From Candidatus Avigastranaerophilus sp. (GTDB lineage Bacteria; Muiribacteriota; Ozemobacteria; Ozemobacterales; Ozemobacteraceae), in assembly GCA_045599645.1 (NCBI GenBank), contig JAZRWI010000014.1, positions 4,676 through 68,675 on the forward strand: a DNA stretch of 64,000 nt, read 5' to 3'. Below, one piece after another: positions 17,618 to 26,399 of this stretch; position 1 is the first letter of the stretch; every line of letters begins with the position of its first letter. The translations under genes and the position numbers were made by a program. The notes below the pieces were generated by a model. It was not told the origin of the DNA, made no database searches, and worked only from the letters and a program-made list of their open reading frames with translations.

Positions 17618-19996
17618 ATGGCAAAACTGATTCAACAAATGCTCATGGAAGCAATACAGAATAATCCTGATAGTATAGCTATTGAAAAGGCACCCAATAC
17701 TTTTATTTCATATAAAGAACTATACAATAGAGCCGGTAAAATTGCCAGTTATCTGAAGAAGCAGGGGGTTATGCCTGGAAAAGGAATCCCTGTTGCTATT
17801 CTGATGGAACAGGATACACCATATATCGAAGCATTGGTGGCTTGTATGCTTTTTGGCTATTCTGCTGTATTACTGAATAAAAATTATCCGAAGGAACGCT
17901 GTGATTATGTTATTGGTGATTCCTGTGCTAAGATAATTTTAGAAGAAAAGAATCTTGTTGAAGCATATCAGAATGAAAGTGTTTGTGAATCAATTCGTGT
18001 TGAGCCTGATACGAATGCCATCGTTATTTATACATCTGGTTCAACTGGCAAACCTAAGGGAGTTTTGCATACACAGCTCAGTGTCGGAGGTGGCGTCGGT
18101 CGGTTAGTGTCTGTCATGAAGCTTACTGCTCAGGATAGATATGGCTTCTCTGCACCTTTTACTTTTGTAATACATGGTATGGAAGTATTTTCTCCTCTTT
18201 GCACAGGTAGCACGCTGGTGTATATTCCTCCTGCTATGGCAAAAGACCCGGACGCTCTTTCCTGCTTTCACAAAGAACATAATATTACTGCGACACATAT
18301 TTCCCCAAAAGTTCTTAAATTATATAAAAAACAGGCTGACTCACTTAAGCTTGTGCTTACTGGAAGCGAAAAAATCTGTAAAATAGCACCGCAGGGATAC
18401 CGTCTTGTTGGAATTTATGGTCAGTCGGAAACATATCCTGGCGTTTTTTCCTTTGATATTACCCATTCCTATGATGTAACACCTCTTGGTAAGCCTTCTG
18501 AAGGAATAGCAGCTTATCTTATTGATGAGGCTGGGAATGAAGCTGATGAAGGAGAGCTTTGTCTGGCGGGTAATTTCTTCAAAGAATATATACATATGCC
18601 GGAGCGCACAGCGCAGATACTTACTAAGAATCCATTTCAGGAAAAGGACGGTTTCTCTTTGCTGCATCACACTGGTGACATTGCTAAGAGATTGGATGAC
18701 GGCAATTTTATGTATCTTAATCGCCGTGACTGGATGATTAAGATTAATGGACAGCGCATTGAACCTGGAGAAATCGAAATTTGCATTAAGAATATGAATG
18801 GTATTCACGATGCTGTTGTTAAAGACTTTCTTAACCCCAACGGTCAGGTTTATTTATGTGCTTATTATGTGACGGTTAATGGTGCGTCAGTCAGTGACAA
18901 TGAAATCAGAGACTATTTGATGGAAAAATTGCCTCTGTATATGGTTCCTGTATTCTATACTCGTTTGGAAGCCCTTCCTGTTAATCAGAACGGCAAGCTC
19001 GACAGATTTGCATTGAAGGAACCAGACATAAATAAGAATATGGAAAATGTAATGCCAAAGGATTCTGTGGAAAAACAGGCTCTTGATATTGCAAGATCTA
19101 TTTTGCCTTCTGTAGAATTCGGGGTTACAGATGACCTTCGTCTTGCTGGATTCGATTCTATTAATACTATTATGCTGGTGCAGAGACTAGTTAGCGAAAT
19201 GAAGCTTAAAGTCAGGGTTTCTGACGTAATGCGCTATCATAATATTCGTGATTTGATAAAAGGCAAAAAACGAATTTCATGGTTCTATAAGGAATATGAT
19301 TCTTCTAAGCCTGTTGTTATTATTCCGAACGGGGCCGTTCCGATATCAAACCTTGAAAGTTTTTATGAAGTCTGTAGCAGACATTATAATGTGTTTGTTA
19401 TAGAGCCTATTACTTCCCATTATGAAAAGATTCTAAGAGGCGAAACATTTAATGATGCAGTTGAACTTTATTTGATTCAGACAAGACTCGGAATACCTTC
19501 TGATGCTAAGATAGCTGGTTTTATCGGTTTTTGCTTCGGGGGAATGCTGGCGCTTGGCATGGCCCGTCGTTTGAAGAAAACAACGGGAAAAGCTTATCCG
19601 ATTATTATCGGTGATGCTGATCTGGGAGGGCTTCCCACCCGAAAGGAAGAGCTGGTAGTTACCTGGGAAAACTTATGGAATTACGTATTTGAGCCAGAAG
19701 ATGTCCAAGCCACATATACAAGAGAGAAAAAGGAACTTTATGCCCATGCCGTAAATGTAGCTTTAAGCTTGGGCATGGATGAAATAACGGAAAAATATGA
19801 AGGAAAGATTATATTCCTGAACGCACTGGCAGGAGCTCCTGAAGCTGCTGTGGAACATAAGCTTGCTATGCTGCACGCTGCTTGTGAGTCCTCTGAAATC
19901 ATTGATTTCAAAGACAAAGGACATTTTGCAATATTCGGAGATGCCGATTTAAAAGAAACATGGGATGAAATAGTACAAAAGCTAAACAAAATTTGA
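17618..19996 (+). CDS. Monomodular NRPS-like enzyme, A-T-TE
   Basis: YTSGSTGKPKG, YGQSET, GELCLAG, TGD, KINGQRIEPGEIE, LPLYMVP, NGKLDR; carrier AGFDSI; alpha/beta-hydrolase GFCFGG and C-terminal GH. Confidence 0.9.
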   Translation: MAKLIQQMLMEAIQNNPDSIAIEKAPNTFISYKELYNRAGKIASYLKKQGVMPGKGIPVAILMEQDTPYIEALVACMLFGYSAVLLNKNYPKERCDYVIGDSCAKIILEEKNLVEAYQNESVCESIRVEPDTNAIVIYTSGSTGKPKGVLHTQLSVGGGVGRLVSVMKLTAQDRYGFSAPFTFVIHGMEVFSPLCTGSTLVYIPPAMAKDPDALSCFHKEHNITATHISPKVLKLYKKQADSLKLVLTGSEKICKIAPQGYRLVGIYGQSETYPGVFSFDITHSYDVTPLGKPSEGIAAYLIDEAGNEADEGELCLAGNFFKEYIHMPERTAQILTKNPFQEKDGFSLLHHTGDIAKRLDDGNFMYLNRRDWMIKINGQRIEPGEIEICIKNMNGIHDAVVKDFLNPNGQVYLCAYYVTVNGASVSDNEIRDYLMEKLPLYMVPVFYTRLEALPVNQNGKLDRFALKEPDINKNMENVMPKDSVEKQALDIARSILPSVEFGVTDDLRLAGFDSINTIMLVQRLVSEMKLKVRVSDVMRYHNIRDLIKGKKRISWFYKEYDSSKPVVIIPNGAVPISNLESFYEVCSRHYNVFVIEPITSHYEKILRGETFNDAVELYLIQTRLGIPSDAKIAGFIGFCFGGMLALGMARRLKKTTGKAYPIIIGDADLGGLPTRKEELVVTWENLWNYVFEPEDVQATYTREKKELYAHAVNVALSLGMDEITEKYEGKIIFLNALAGAPEAAVEHKLAMLHAACESSEIIDFKDKGHFAIFGDADLKETWDEIVQKLNKI

Positions 19997-20220
19997 CTGT
20001 AGCTTTCTCTAGTATTATTCACGTTTCTATGTGATTTCAAATAGCTGTTTAAAGCTATTTGAAAGGTATTTTGTCTTGAAAACTCAGCGGTTTGGTTATA
20101 TCATAAAATAATTAGTGTTTATTGGTATAAAAATAGGCGTTTTACAACATATCGTTTGTCACTCGAAAGTGATTCTTGTCGACTGACTTATTTGCTTAGA
20201 TATAGGAAAGTAGGGATGTA

Positions 20221-23145
20221 ATGAAAAAACTGGCAGTTTTAATTTTCGCAGTAGGTTTAATCGCATTTCTTTATGGCTGCGGTGGTGGTAGTACCGATTA
20301 CTATGCAATTGCTCGTCAGGATGTATCTAAAAAAATAAATACAAGAGTAGACTCTTTCGGTCGATTTAGTGCAACTTTTCCTTCCTCTGGAGCCATAATT
20401 AAAGCAGAAGAAGCTAATACCCTGACAGAAGGCGTTGTAATTAATGTTACCGAAACAATGACCGACTCCTTAGGGGTTAATCCAATCGGGAAACCAGATT
20501 ATATCAATATTTACAAAATTACAGCAGAACTTGTTGATTCTGCTGGTAAAAGAACAGAGGTAACCTCTCTGAAAAAGCCACTGAAATTAATTCTCCCGGC
20601 TAATCATCTTGGAAATAAAGGTATCTGCTATGCTGGCGTCAGAGACGATAAATACTCTCCATGGAAATACCGAAGATTGTCTGACAGTGAAAATGTTCCT
20701 GCCAGTCAAATTTCTATTCAAGACTCTGCGTCTCAAAAGCTTATGCCAAGCTATAGCTTTGAACTTTTTGAAGTAGGCTTACAGGTTGCTCTTTTTGCAT
20801 ATTATAAGCCAAGCTCAGAAGCAAGAAAAGATACCTCAGTCGCAGAAGTAACTGCAACTACAACTCCTCTGCTCAATCTTGATGACAATGAAAATTACCT
20901 TGATGATTTAGATATAAATGTTAAGCTGAAAGGTGATAATCTCTCCAATCTTACTGTATCTGACATCAATCTTTCAATTATTTATAGAACCACTATGAAT
21001 ACACCGGTTACTATCAGGTCTAACGGTTATTCCTGTCAGCAGACAACAGAAGAAATGACCGATGACGCTGTTGCTGGCAGAAACTACTATGTTCATACAT
21101 TAAAGGTCTCTAATTTTGATGCTTCCTTCGGAGGGGAAAGTGAAGTCAATTTCAAGCTTGATTTAAAGGGAATAAACAAATCAGATTTCCCGACAGATTT
21201 CCTGCTTAATGTAAATGGTGGTGGCAATTCTGAAAATGTTATTCCTTTCAGTTATTCTAAGAATATCTCTTATAAGGCTGAAAAAACTAAGTCACCAGAC
21301 CCAGACCCGGTTCCGGATCCGGATCCTATTCCAGAACCAGAAGTTTATGTTATTTCTTATGACCTTGCCGGTGGTAGCCTGGCAGAAGGTGATCCCAACC
21401 CAGAAAGCTATGGGGAAGCCTCAGATACTATTACCTTGAAAAATCCGGTTAAAACTGGTTATACATTCGCTGGCTGGACGGGCACAGACTTAAGTGTTCC
21501 AACTATGGAAGTTTCTATTGTAAAAGGTTCTATTGGCGATAGAACCTATACAGCTAACTGGGCTGCAATAAGCTATGTAATCGTTTATGACCTGAAGGAA
21601 GGTAGTCTGACTGATGGTGCTACTAATCCGATTGCTTATGATATTGCATCACCAACTATTACCTTGAATAATCCAGTTAAATCAGGTTACACATTTATTG
21701 GCTGGACAGGCACAGGAATTGAAGAAGGCGCTGCTTCTTATACTGTTACAATCCCGCAGGGCTCAATAGGTGAAAGAAACTATGCTGCAAGCTGGACTCC
21801 GGCAATCTATACAATTGTTTACGATTTGAAAGGTGGTAATCTTGCTGACGGAGTCACTAACCCGGAAACCTATGATATTACATCTGAAGCTATAACCCTG
21901 AACAACCCTGTTTATGGTTATCCGTTCAAGGGTTGGAGCGGCACAGACCTGGCAGGTGATGAAAACCAGACAGTAACCATTGACCATGGCTCTATAGGTG
22001 ATAGAACTTATACCGCCAACTGGATTGATATTCCGATAACCTATACAATAACTTACGAACTGAACGAAGGAATTCTTGCAACAGGTGCAGTTAATCCAAC
22101 AGCTTATGATATTACATCAGCTACTATAATCTTGAATAATCCGACTAGAGAAGGTTATACTTTCATAGGCTGGAGCGGCACAGATTTGACAGGTGATGAA
22201 AATCAGACTGTAACCATTGCTCAAGGCTCCATGGGTGATAGAGCTTATACTGCTAACTGGATTCCAACAAGCTATGCAATAAACTACGACTTAGTTGGTG
22301 GCACATTTGAAGAAGGTGCTGCTAACCCTGTAAGCTATGACATTACATCAGCAACTATAACCTTGAATAACCCCGTCAGAGAAGATTATTACTTCGAAGG
22401 CTGGACTGGCACAGGAATTGATGAAGGCACAACTTCCATGACTGTTACAATTCCACAGGGTTCAATCGGCGAAAGAAGCTATGTTGCTAGCTGGACTCTT
22501 ATGACAATACATCTCACTATCCCTGGCAGCTCAGAAGTTGTCACTTTCAAGCGACCACAGCATACTGATGACTTCTTTATGGCCATCCATGAAGTTACTA
22601 AGTCCCAGTATGAAGCAATAAATGGTAGTGGAAGTGACCCGTCTTATCATACCGTTTCGCCTTCACACCCTGTAGATTTTGTTGATTGGAATGGAGCAAA
22701 TTCTACATGTATAGCTTTTTCAGAAATGTTAAGTGCTGCTAATACGCTTCCTGAAGGCTATAAAGTTGAATTGCCGACATATGAACAGTGGATGTATACC
22801 TGTTATGCAGGTAGCGAAGAGGATTACTGTCTGGGTGTCGATGGAGAACAGGTAACAGAGGCAACTCTCTCTGATTATGCAGTATATAATAATCCGTCAT
22901 ATACTTCTCCTGTAGGGAGTAAGAAGCCTAACTACTGGGGCTTCTATGATATGCACGGAAACGTATACGAATGGATTATTGATAATCCTCCAAGTTTTAT
23001 GATTTTCGGTTTTCACTTTAAGTTTGGTGGTAGCTGGAGTGTGAACGCTGCAGGTTGCAATGCTTGGCCTATCGTTATATCCGGTTCTGCTCCAGTCGAA
23101 TATGATGTAGGCTTCCGCTTTGCTCTTGTTCCAGCCGAAGAATAA
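20221..23145 (+). CDS. Lipoprotein with five Listeria-Bacteroides (InlB B-type) repeats and C-terminal FGE-sulfatase (SUMF1) domain
   Basis: Lipobox FLYGC; five units of YDL.GG...NP...GYTF.GW.G...GSIG.R.Y.A.W; ELPTYEQW, KKPNYWGFYDMHGNVYEW, GFRFAL. Confidence 0.88.
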   Translation: MKKLAVLIFAVGLIAFLYGCGGGSTDYYAIARQDVSKKINTRVDSFGRFSATFPSSGAIIKAEEANTLTEGVVINVTETMTDSLGVNPIGKPDYINIYKITAELVDSAGKRTEVTSLKKPLKLILPANHLGNKGICYAGVRDDKYSPWKYRRLSDSENVPASQISIQDSASQKLMPSYSFELFEVGLQVALFAYYKPSSEARKDTSVAEVTATTTPLLNLDDNENYLDDLDINVKLKGDNLSNLTVSDINLSIIYRTTMNTPVTIRSNGYSCQQTTEEMTDDAVAGRNYYVHTLKVSNFDASFGGESEVNFKLDLKGINKSDFPTDFLLNVNGGGNSENVIPFSYSKNISYKAEKTKSPDPDPVPDPDPIPEPEVYVISYDLAGGSLAEGDPNPESYGEASDTITLKNPVKTGYTFAGWTGTDLSVPTMEVSIVKGSIGDRTYTANWAAISYVIVYDLKEGSLTDGATNPIAYDIASPTITLNNPVKSGYTFIGWTGTGIEEGAASYTVTIPQGSIGERNYAASWTPAIYTIVYDLKGGNLADGVTNPETYDITSEAITLNNPVYGYPFKGWSGTDLAGDENQTVTIDHGSIGDRTYTANWIDIPITYTITYELNEGILATGAVNPTAYDITSATIILNNPTREGYTFIGWSGTDLTGDENQTVTIAQGSMGDRAYTANWIPTSYAINYDLVGGTFEEGAANPVSYDITSATITLNNPVREDYYFEGWTGTGIDEGTTSMTVTIPQGSIGERSYVASWTLMTIHLTIPGSSEVVTFKRPQHTDDFFMAIHEVTKSQYEAINGSGSDPSYHTVSPSHPVDFVDWNGANSTCIAFSEMLSAANTLPEGYKVELPTYEQWMYTCYAGSEEDYCLGVDGEQVTEATLSDYAVYNNPSYTSPVGSKKPNYWGFYDMHGNVYEWIIDNPPSFMIFGFHFKFGGSWSVNAAGCNAWPIVISGSAPVEYDVGFRFALVPAEE
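21343..22500 (+). repeat. Five intragenic tandem domain repeats (about 230 bp each)
   Basis: Recurring ACCTTGAATAA.CC, GGCTGGA..GGCACAG and GG.TC.AT.GG.GA.AGA segments. Confidence 0.85.
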
Positions 23146-23151
23146 TTCTTG

Positions 23152-23184
23152 TTAAGTTCAATGCCTGAAATGCATTGAACTTAA
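23152..23184. terminator. Stem-loop immediately after the FGE-domain gene
   Basis: TTAAGTTCAATGC-CTGAAAT-GCATTGAACTTAA, perfect 13-bp stem, no clear U-tract. Confidence 0.6.
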
Positions 23185-23273
23185 TAAATTAAAACTGGCT
23201 TAAACACTTTAATCTTTAATCCTTCTCTTTGATGCACCTTTTCAAGGTTTTTCAATTTAAATTCCTTCTTGTA

Positions 23274-23319
23274 TTGCGTGTGAATACAAATTTGATTATA
23301 ATAAAAGTGGGAATTCCCA
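23274..23319 (+). promoter_or_regulatory. Promoter and palindromic operator of the TA pair
   Basis: TTGCGT(23274)-17 bp-TATAAT(23297); perfect palindrome TGGGAATTCCCA at 23308-23319. Confidence 0.72.
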
Positions 23320-23334
23320 TAGTGGGAGGTATGT

Positions 23335-23574
23335 ATGAATGCTATAAAAGACTATACTGTTCATCTTGATGCAAAAAAACGAGTTACCTTAAGAGGGGCA
23401 TTGTATGCTTTTTATAATGTTAAAGAATATGAAAATGGATGCATACTTTTAGAACCTAGAGAATTAACATTACCAGATACAATTTCAAGTAAAACCTTGG
23501 AACAAATAGATAAGGCAATAAATAATTATAAATTGGGAGATGTTTCAGAACCAATAGATTTATCCGATTTCTGA
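23335..23574 (+). CDS. Putative AbrB/SpoVT-fold antitoxin
   Basis: LDAKKRVTLR...GCILLEPRE swapped-hairpin pattern; small, acidic tail; precedes toxin-like gene. Confidence 0.65.
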   Translation: MNAIKDYTVHLDAKKRVTLRGALYAFYNVKEYENGCILLEPRELTLPDTISSKTLEQIDKAINNYKLGDVSEPIDLSDF

Positions 23575-23584
23575 GGTCGTAAAA

Positions 23585-23953
23585 ATGAGTTTTAATATCA
23601 GGAGTGTTCCTGAAATGCTTGAACTATGGAATAAACTTCTTACAAGCTATAGAAATAAAACAATAAAAAAGAAAGAAGAAAGAATTTTTAAAAAATGGGG
23701 TAGTGCATTAAAAAAGCTTTCTGAAGATCCTTTTTACCCTGCTTTACATACCCATGAAATATCTCAGCTATCTAAGAGATACGGTATAAAAGTTTGGCAA
23801 TCATATCTAGAAAATAAGACAAGTGGGGCTATGAGAATGTATTGGGTATATGGCCCTGATAAAAAAGATATAACAATAATAGGCTTAGAACCTCATCCGG
23901 AAGATAAAAAGAATGGAGCTTATGATAGAATAGCATTATCTGGATTAGGGTAG
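23585..23953 (+). CDS. Putative RelE/ParE-fold toxin
   Basis: ALKKLSEDPFYPALHTHEI...VWQSY...AMRMYWVYGP...ITIIGLEPHP; basic, 122 aa. Confidence 0.7.
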   Translation: MSFNIRSVPEMLELWNKLLTSYRNKTIKKKEERIFKKWGSALKKLSEDPFYPALHTHEISQLSKRYGIKVWQSYLENKTSGAMRMYWVYGPDKKDITIIGLEPHPEDKKNGAYDRIALSGLG

Positions 23954-24063
23954 TTTATTTACTATTTTTATTATACTTATAAGCTCGTATTAATAGCAAT
24001 TTAAAGCGGTAGTATTGATATGTATGTCTTTGTGCTATAATACCTATAGATTTGGGGGTTACT

Positions 24064-25080
24064 ATGAAATATTCTTTTCCGAAGGTTGATCTGCATTTTC
24101 ATTTAGATGGTTCCATGGTTCCGGAAACTACCTGGCGTCTTGCTAAGGAACGTGGCATAAAGCTGCCAACAGAAACACTAGAGGAATTTAAGAAGTATTT
24201 ATATGTAACAGCTAACTGCAATGATGTTGAACAGTATCTTTCACGCTTCGCGCTACCTGTTTCGATTCTTCAGGATAAGGCAGCATTGAAGGAAACAACC
24301 TATGACACAATCGAAATGATTGCTAATCAGGGTGTGAGATATTGTGAAATAAGATTCGCTCCCCAGCTTCATATTGAAAAAGGGTTGTCTCAGGCTGACG
24401 CTATTGATGCTGTGCTTGAAGGCGTAGAAGCTGCCGCTGGCAAATTCCCCAAAACAAAGATTAATATAATTCTTTGTGCAATGCTTAATCCTACTAATGC
24501 AAACAGAGAATTGAACCTCGAAACAGCCAGACTTTCCAATGAGTATTATGGAAAAGGCGTAGTAGCCCTTGATTTGGCTGGTTGGGAAAATGCATACCCG
24601 ATGAAGGAATACGAAGAAGTTTTTGCAGAACGCCGGAAGCTTGGGTTGCCAATCACCATTCACGCTGGCGATGATGGCGCACCACAGAATGTTTCTACCG
24701 TAATAGATTTTGGTGCCACCAGAGTAGGTCACGGTCATAAGACCTGGTTTGATAAAGACGTATTGAAGAAGGTTATTGATAATAATGTTGCTCTTGAAAT
24801 CTGTTTAACAAGCAATATTCAGTGCAAAACAGAACCATCCTATGCTGAGCATCCTGCCAAAAAGCTTTATGATGCTGGAGTAAAGGTTACCCTGAATACT
24901 GACAATACTATTCTGAGCGCAGTAAATCTTGACGATGAATATGATCACGCAATAAATGACTGCGGCTTCACATATGAAGATTTAATCAGGATGAACATAA
25001 ATTCAGTAAATGCCAGCTTTGCCACACCCGAAGAGAAAAAAATGCTAATAGCTGAATTAAATAATTTTCTAAGCAATTGA
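24064..25080 (+). CDS. add: Adenosine deaminase family protein
   Basis: PKVDLHFHLDGS, YCEIRFAPQ, DLAG.E, TIHAG(D), RVGHG, LEICLTSN, LNTDN. Confidence 0.9.
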   Translation: MKYSFPKVDLHFHLDGSMVPETTWRLAKERGIKLPTETLEEFKKYLYVTANCNDVEQYLSRFALPVSILQDKAALKETTYDTIEMIANQGVRYCEIRFAPQLHIEKGLSQADAIDAVLEGVEAAAGKFPKTKINIILCAMLNPTNANRELNLETARLSNEYYGKGVVALDLAGWENAYPMKEYEEVFAERRKLGLPITIHAGDDGAPQNVSTVIDFGATRVGHGHKTWFDKDVLKKVIDNNVALEICLTSNIQCKTEPSYAEHPAKKLYDAGVKVTLNTDNTILSAVNLDDEYDHAINDCGFTYEDLIRMNINSVNASFATPEEKKMLIAELNNFLSN

Positions 25081-25356
25081 TTTGTTTGATTTCTGCTTGT
25101 AGCTTATTAAAGCTTTTTCTAAAATTTTAAAGTCATTGGTTCTTTTTCCGAGTAATGTAGAATTGTTGAATCTAATTTTGTGCTTATCTTTAAAAGATGA
25201 TAAAGGGACAAAATATTTAAAATTATTAATAACCAATACAATACCGATGTATTTTCTATTTCTTTTGGAACCATCAGATATGAATAAGTGGTCTTGAATT
25301 TGTGATAGGTATTTGATGTAATTCCCGTTTACTTCGTAAATCTTTAGATTTTGCAC
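25069..25356 (-). pseudogene. toxN: Type III toxin ToxN/AbiQ family, internally deleted in frame
   Basis: LKIYEV...YIKYL...RKYIGIVL.IN..KYFVPLSS.K.KHK joined directly to C-terminal KRTNDFKILE; 95 aa, central INLNNM.PV core absent; GTG start with GGAG SD. Confidence 0.8.
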
Positions 25357-25374
25357 AAATTCGCTCCAAAAGAA

Positions 25375-25400
25375 ACAGAGACAAGATATCTTGTCTCTGT
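25375..25400 (-). terminator. Terminator between antitoxin repeats and toxN
   Basis: ACAGAGACAAGAT/ATCTTGTCTCTGT perfect palindrome followed by TTCTTTT on the minus strand. Confidence 0.85.
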
Positions 25401-25402
25401 GT

Positions 25403-25471
25403 TAACTTGCTCATTTAAGGGCTGTGCATCACCCACTTGTAACTTGCTCATTTATAAGGCTGTGCATCACC
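25403..25471 (-). ncRNA. toxI: ToxI-like antitoxin RNA repeats (about 1.9 units, 37-38 nt period)
   Basis: Minus strand GGTGATGCACAGCCTTATAAATGAGCAAGTTA-CAAGTG-GGTGATGCACAGCCCTTAAATGAGCAAGTTA, between promoter and terminator upstream of toxN. Confidence 0.82.
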
Positions 25472-25481
25472 TTCTATTAAT

Positions 25482-25510
25482 ATTATATTTAAATTATAAA
25501 TATTTGTCTA
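25482..25510 (-). promoter_or_regulatory. Sigma70-like promoter of toxIN
   Basis: Minus strand TAGACA-17 bp-TATAAT, 10 nt upstream of the first repeat. Confidence 0.8.
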
Positions 25511-25547
25511 GAAAAAATCAGATATTTCATTTACTATATAAATAAAA

Positions 25548-25644
25548 GATGAATATTAATTCAGTAAACGCCAGCTTTGCCACACCCGAAGAGAAAAAAA
25601 TGCTAATAGCTGAATTAAATAATTATTTAGGGGATAATAAATGA
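25548..25644 (+). repeat. Duplicated 3' end of add (direct repeat of 24990-25066)
   Basis: 77 bp with 3 synonymous differences; continues YLGDNK-stop, with TGA overlapping the ATG of the PIN gene. Confidence 0.93.
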
Positions 25645-26363
25645 AAGTATTTTTAGTTGATTATGAAAACGTTCATGAAGCAGGGTTAGAAGGAATAGAC
25701 TTATTGACTGATGCTGATAAAGTCATTATTTTTCATGGACCGATAAAAGAAACCGTAGACCTTTCTATAGTAAAAAGTATTGTCAAATCTAAAGCTGAAT
25801 TTGATTTCATTGGAACAAAAAGAACGGCTGATAATTACCTTGATTTTCAGCTTTCAACATATTTGGGATATTGGATCAATCAATACTCTAAGGCAGAATT
25901 CTATATAGTTAGTAATGATGCTGATTACGATGCTGTTATTGATTTTTGGAAGAATAATAAAAAATTAAAAATTCATAAGCAGCCGAATATTTCAGGAAAA
26001 ATTAAAGAATTAAAAAATGAAAAGTCGAAAAAAACTGATGTTAATAATAGCATTGTTACTTCAGTAAAACCTGAACATAATGACAATCCTAAGCAGGTTG
26101 TTAATAATAGTTCTGAAACCAACCTCCCAAAAACAGGTAATGACATAAAAGGTATGAAAGCCGAATTGGGAATAGTTTTGCAGAAATTTAATATTTCAAA
26201 GAATAAACTAAATAAAATATGTTACATAATAATTAATAATGCTGAAAAAAATGATCTACACCAGAATTTAATAGATACTTTCAAGGATATGACCAATATA
26301 AATGATATATATAAAGAAATAAGAAAGGTTCATATACAATTAAGACAAAAATACTTAGCTTAA
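25641..26363 (+). CDS. PIN/NYN-like domain protein
   Basis: VFLVDYENV, NYLDFQLSTYLG, YIVSNDADYD. Confidence 0.85.
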   Translation: MKVFLVDYENVHEAGLEGIDLLTDADKVIIFHGPIKETVDLSIVKSIVKSKAEFDFIGTKRTADNYLDFQLSTYLGYWINQYSKAEFYIVSNDADYDAVIDFWKNNKKLKIHKQPNISGKIKELKNEKSKKTDVNNSIVTSVKPEHNDNPKQVVNNSSETNLPKTGNDIKGMKAELGIVLQKFNISKNKLNKICYIIINNAEKNDLHQNLIDTFKDMTNINDIYKEIRKVHIQLRQKYLA

Positions 26364-26399
26364 TTATGCTATAATAATTATATAAACAGAGGTTGATAA

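Noticed and set aside
24064-25080. RADAR defence system (deaminase RdrB with an AAA ATPase)
   Set aside because: The deaminase is an ordinary 338-aa Add-type protein; the ATPases are DUF4143-type and not adjacent
25351-25545. 64-aa plus-strand ORF with an internal repeat
   Set aside because: It is the antisense reading of the toxI repeats, terminator and promoter
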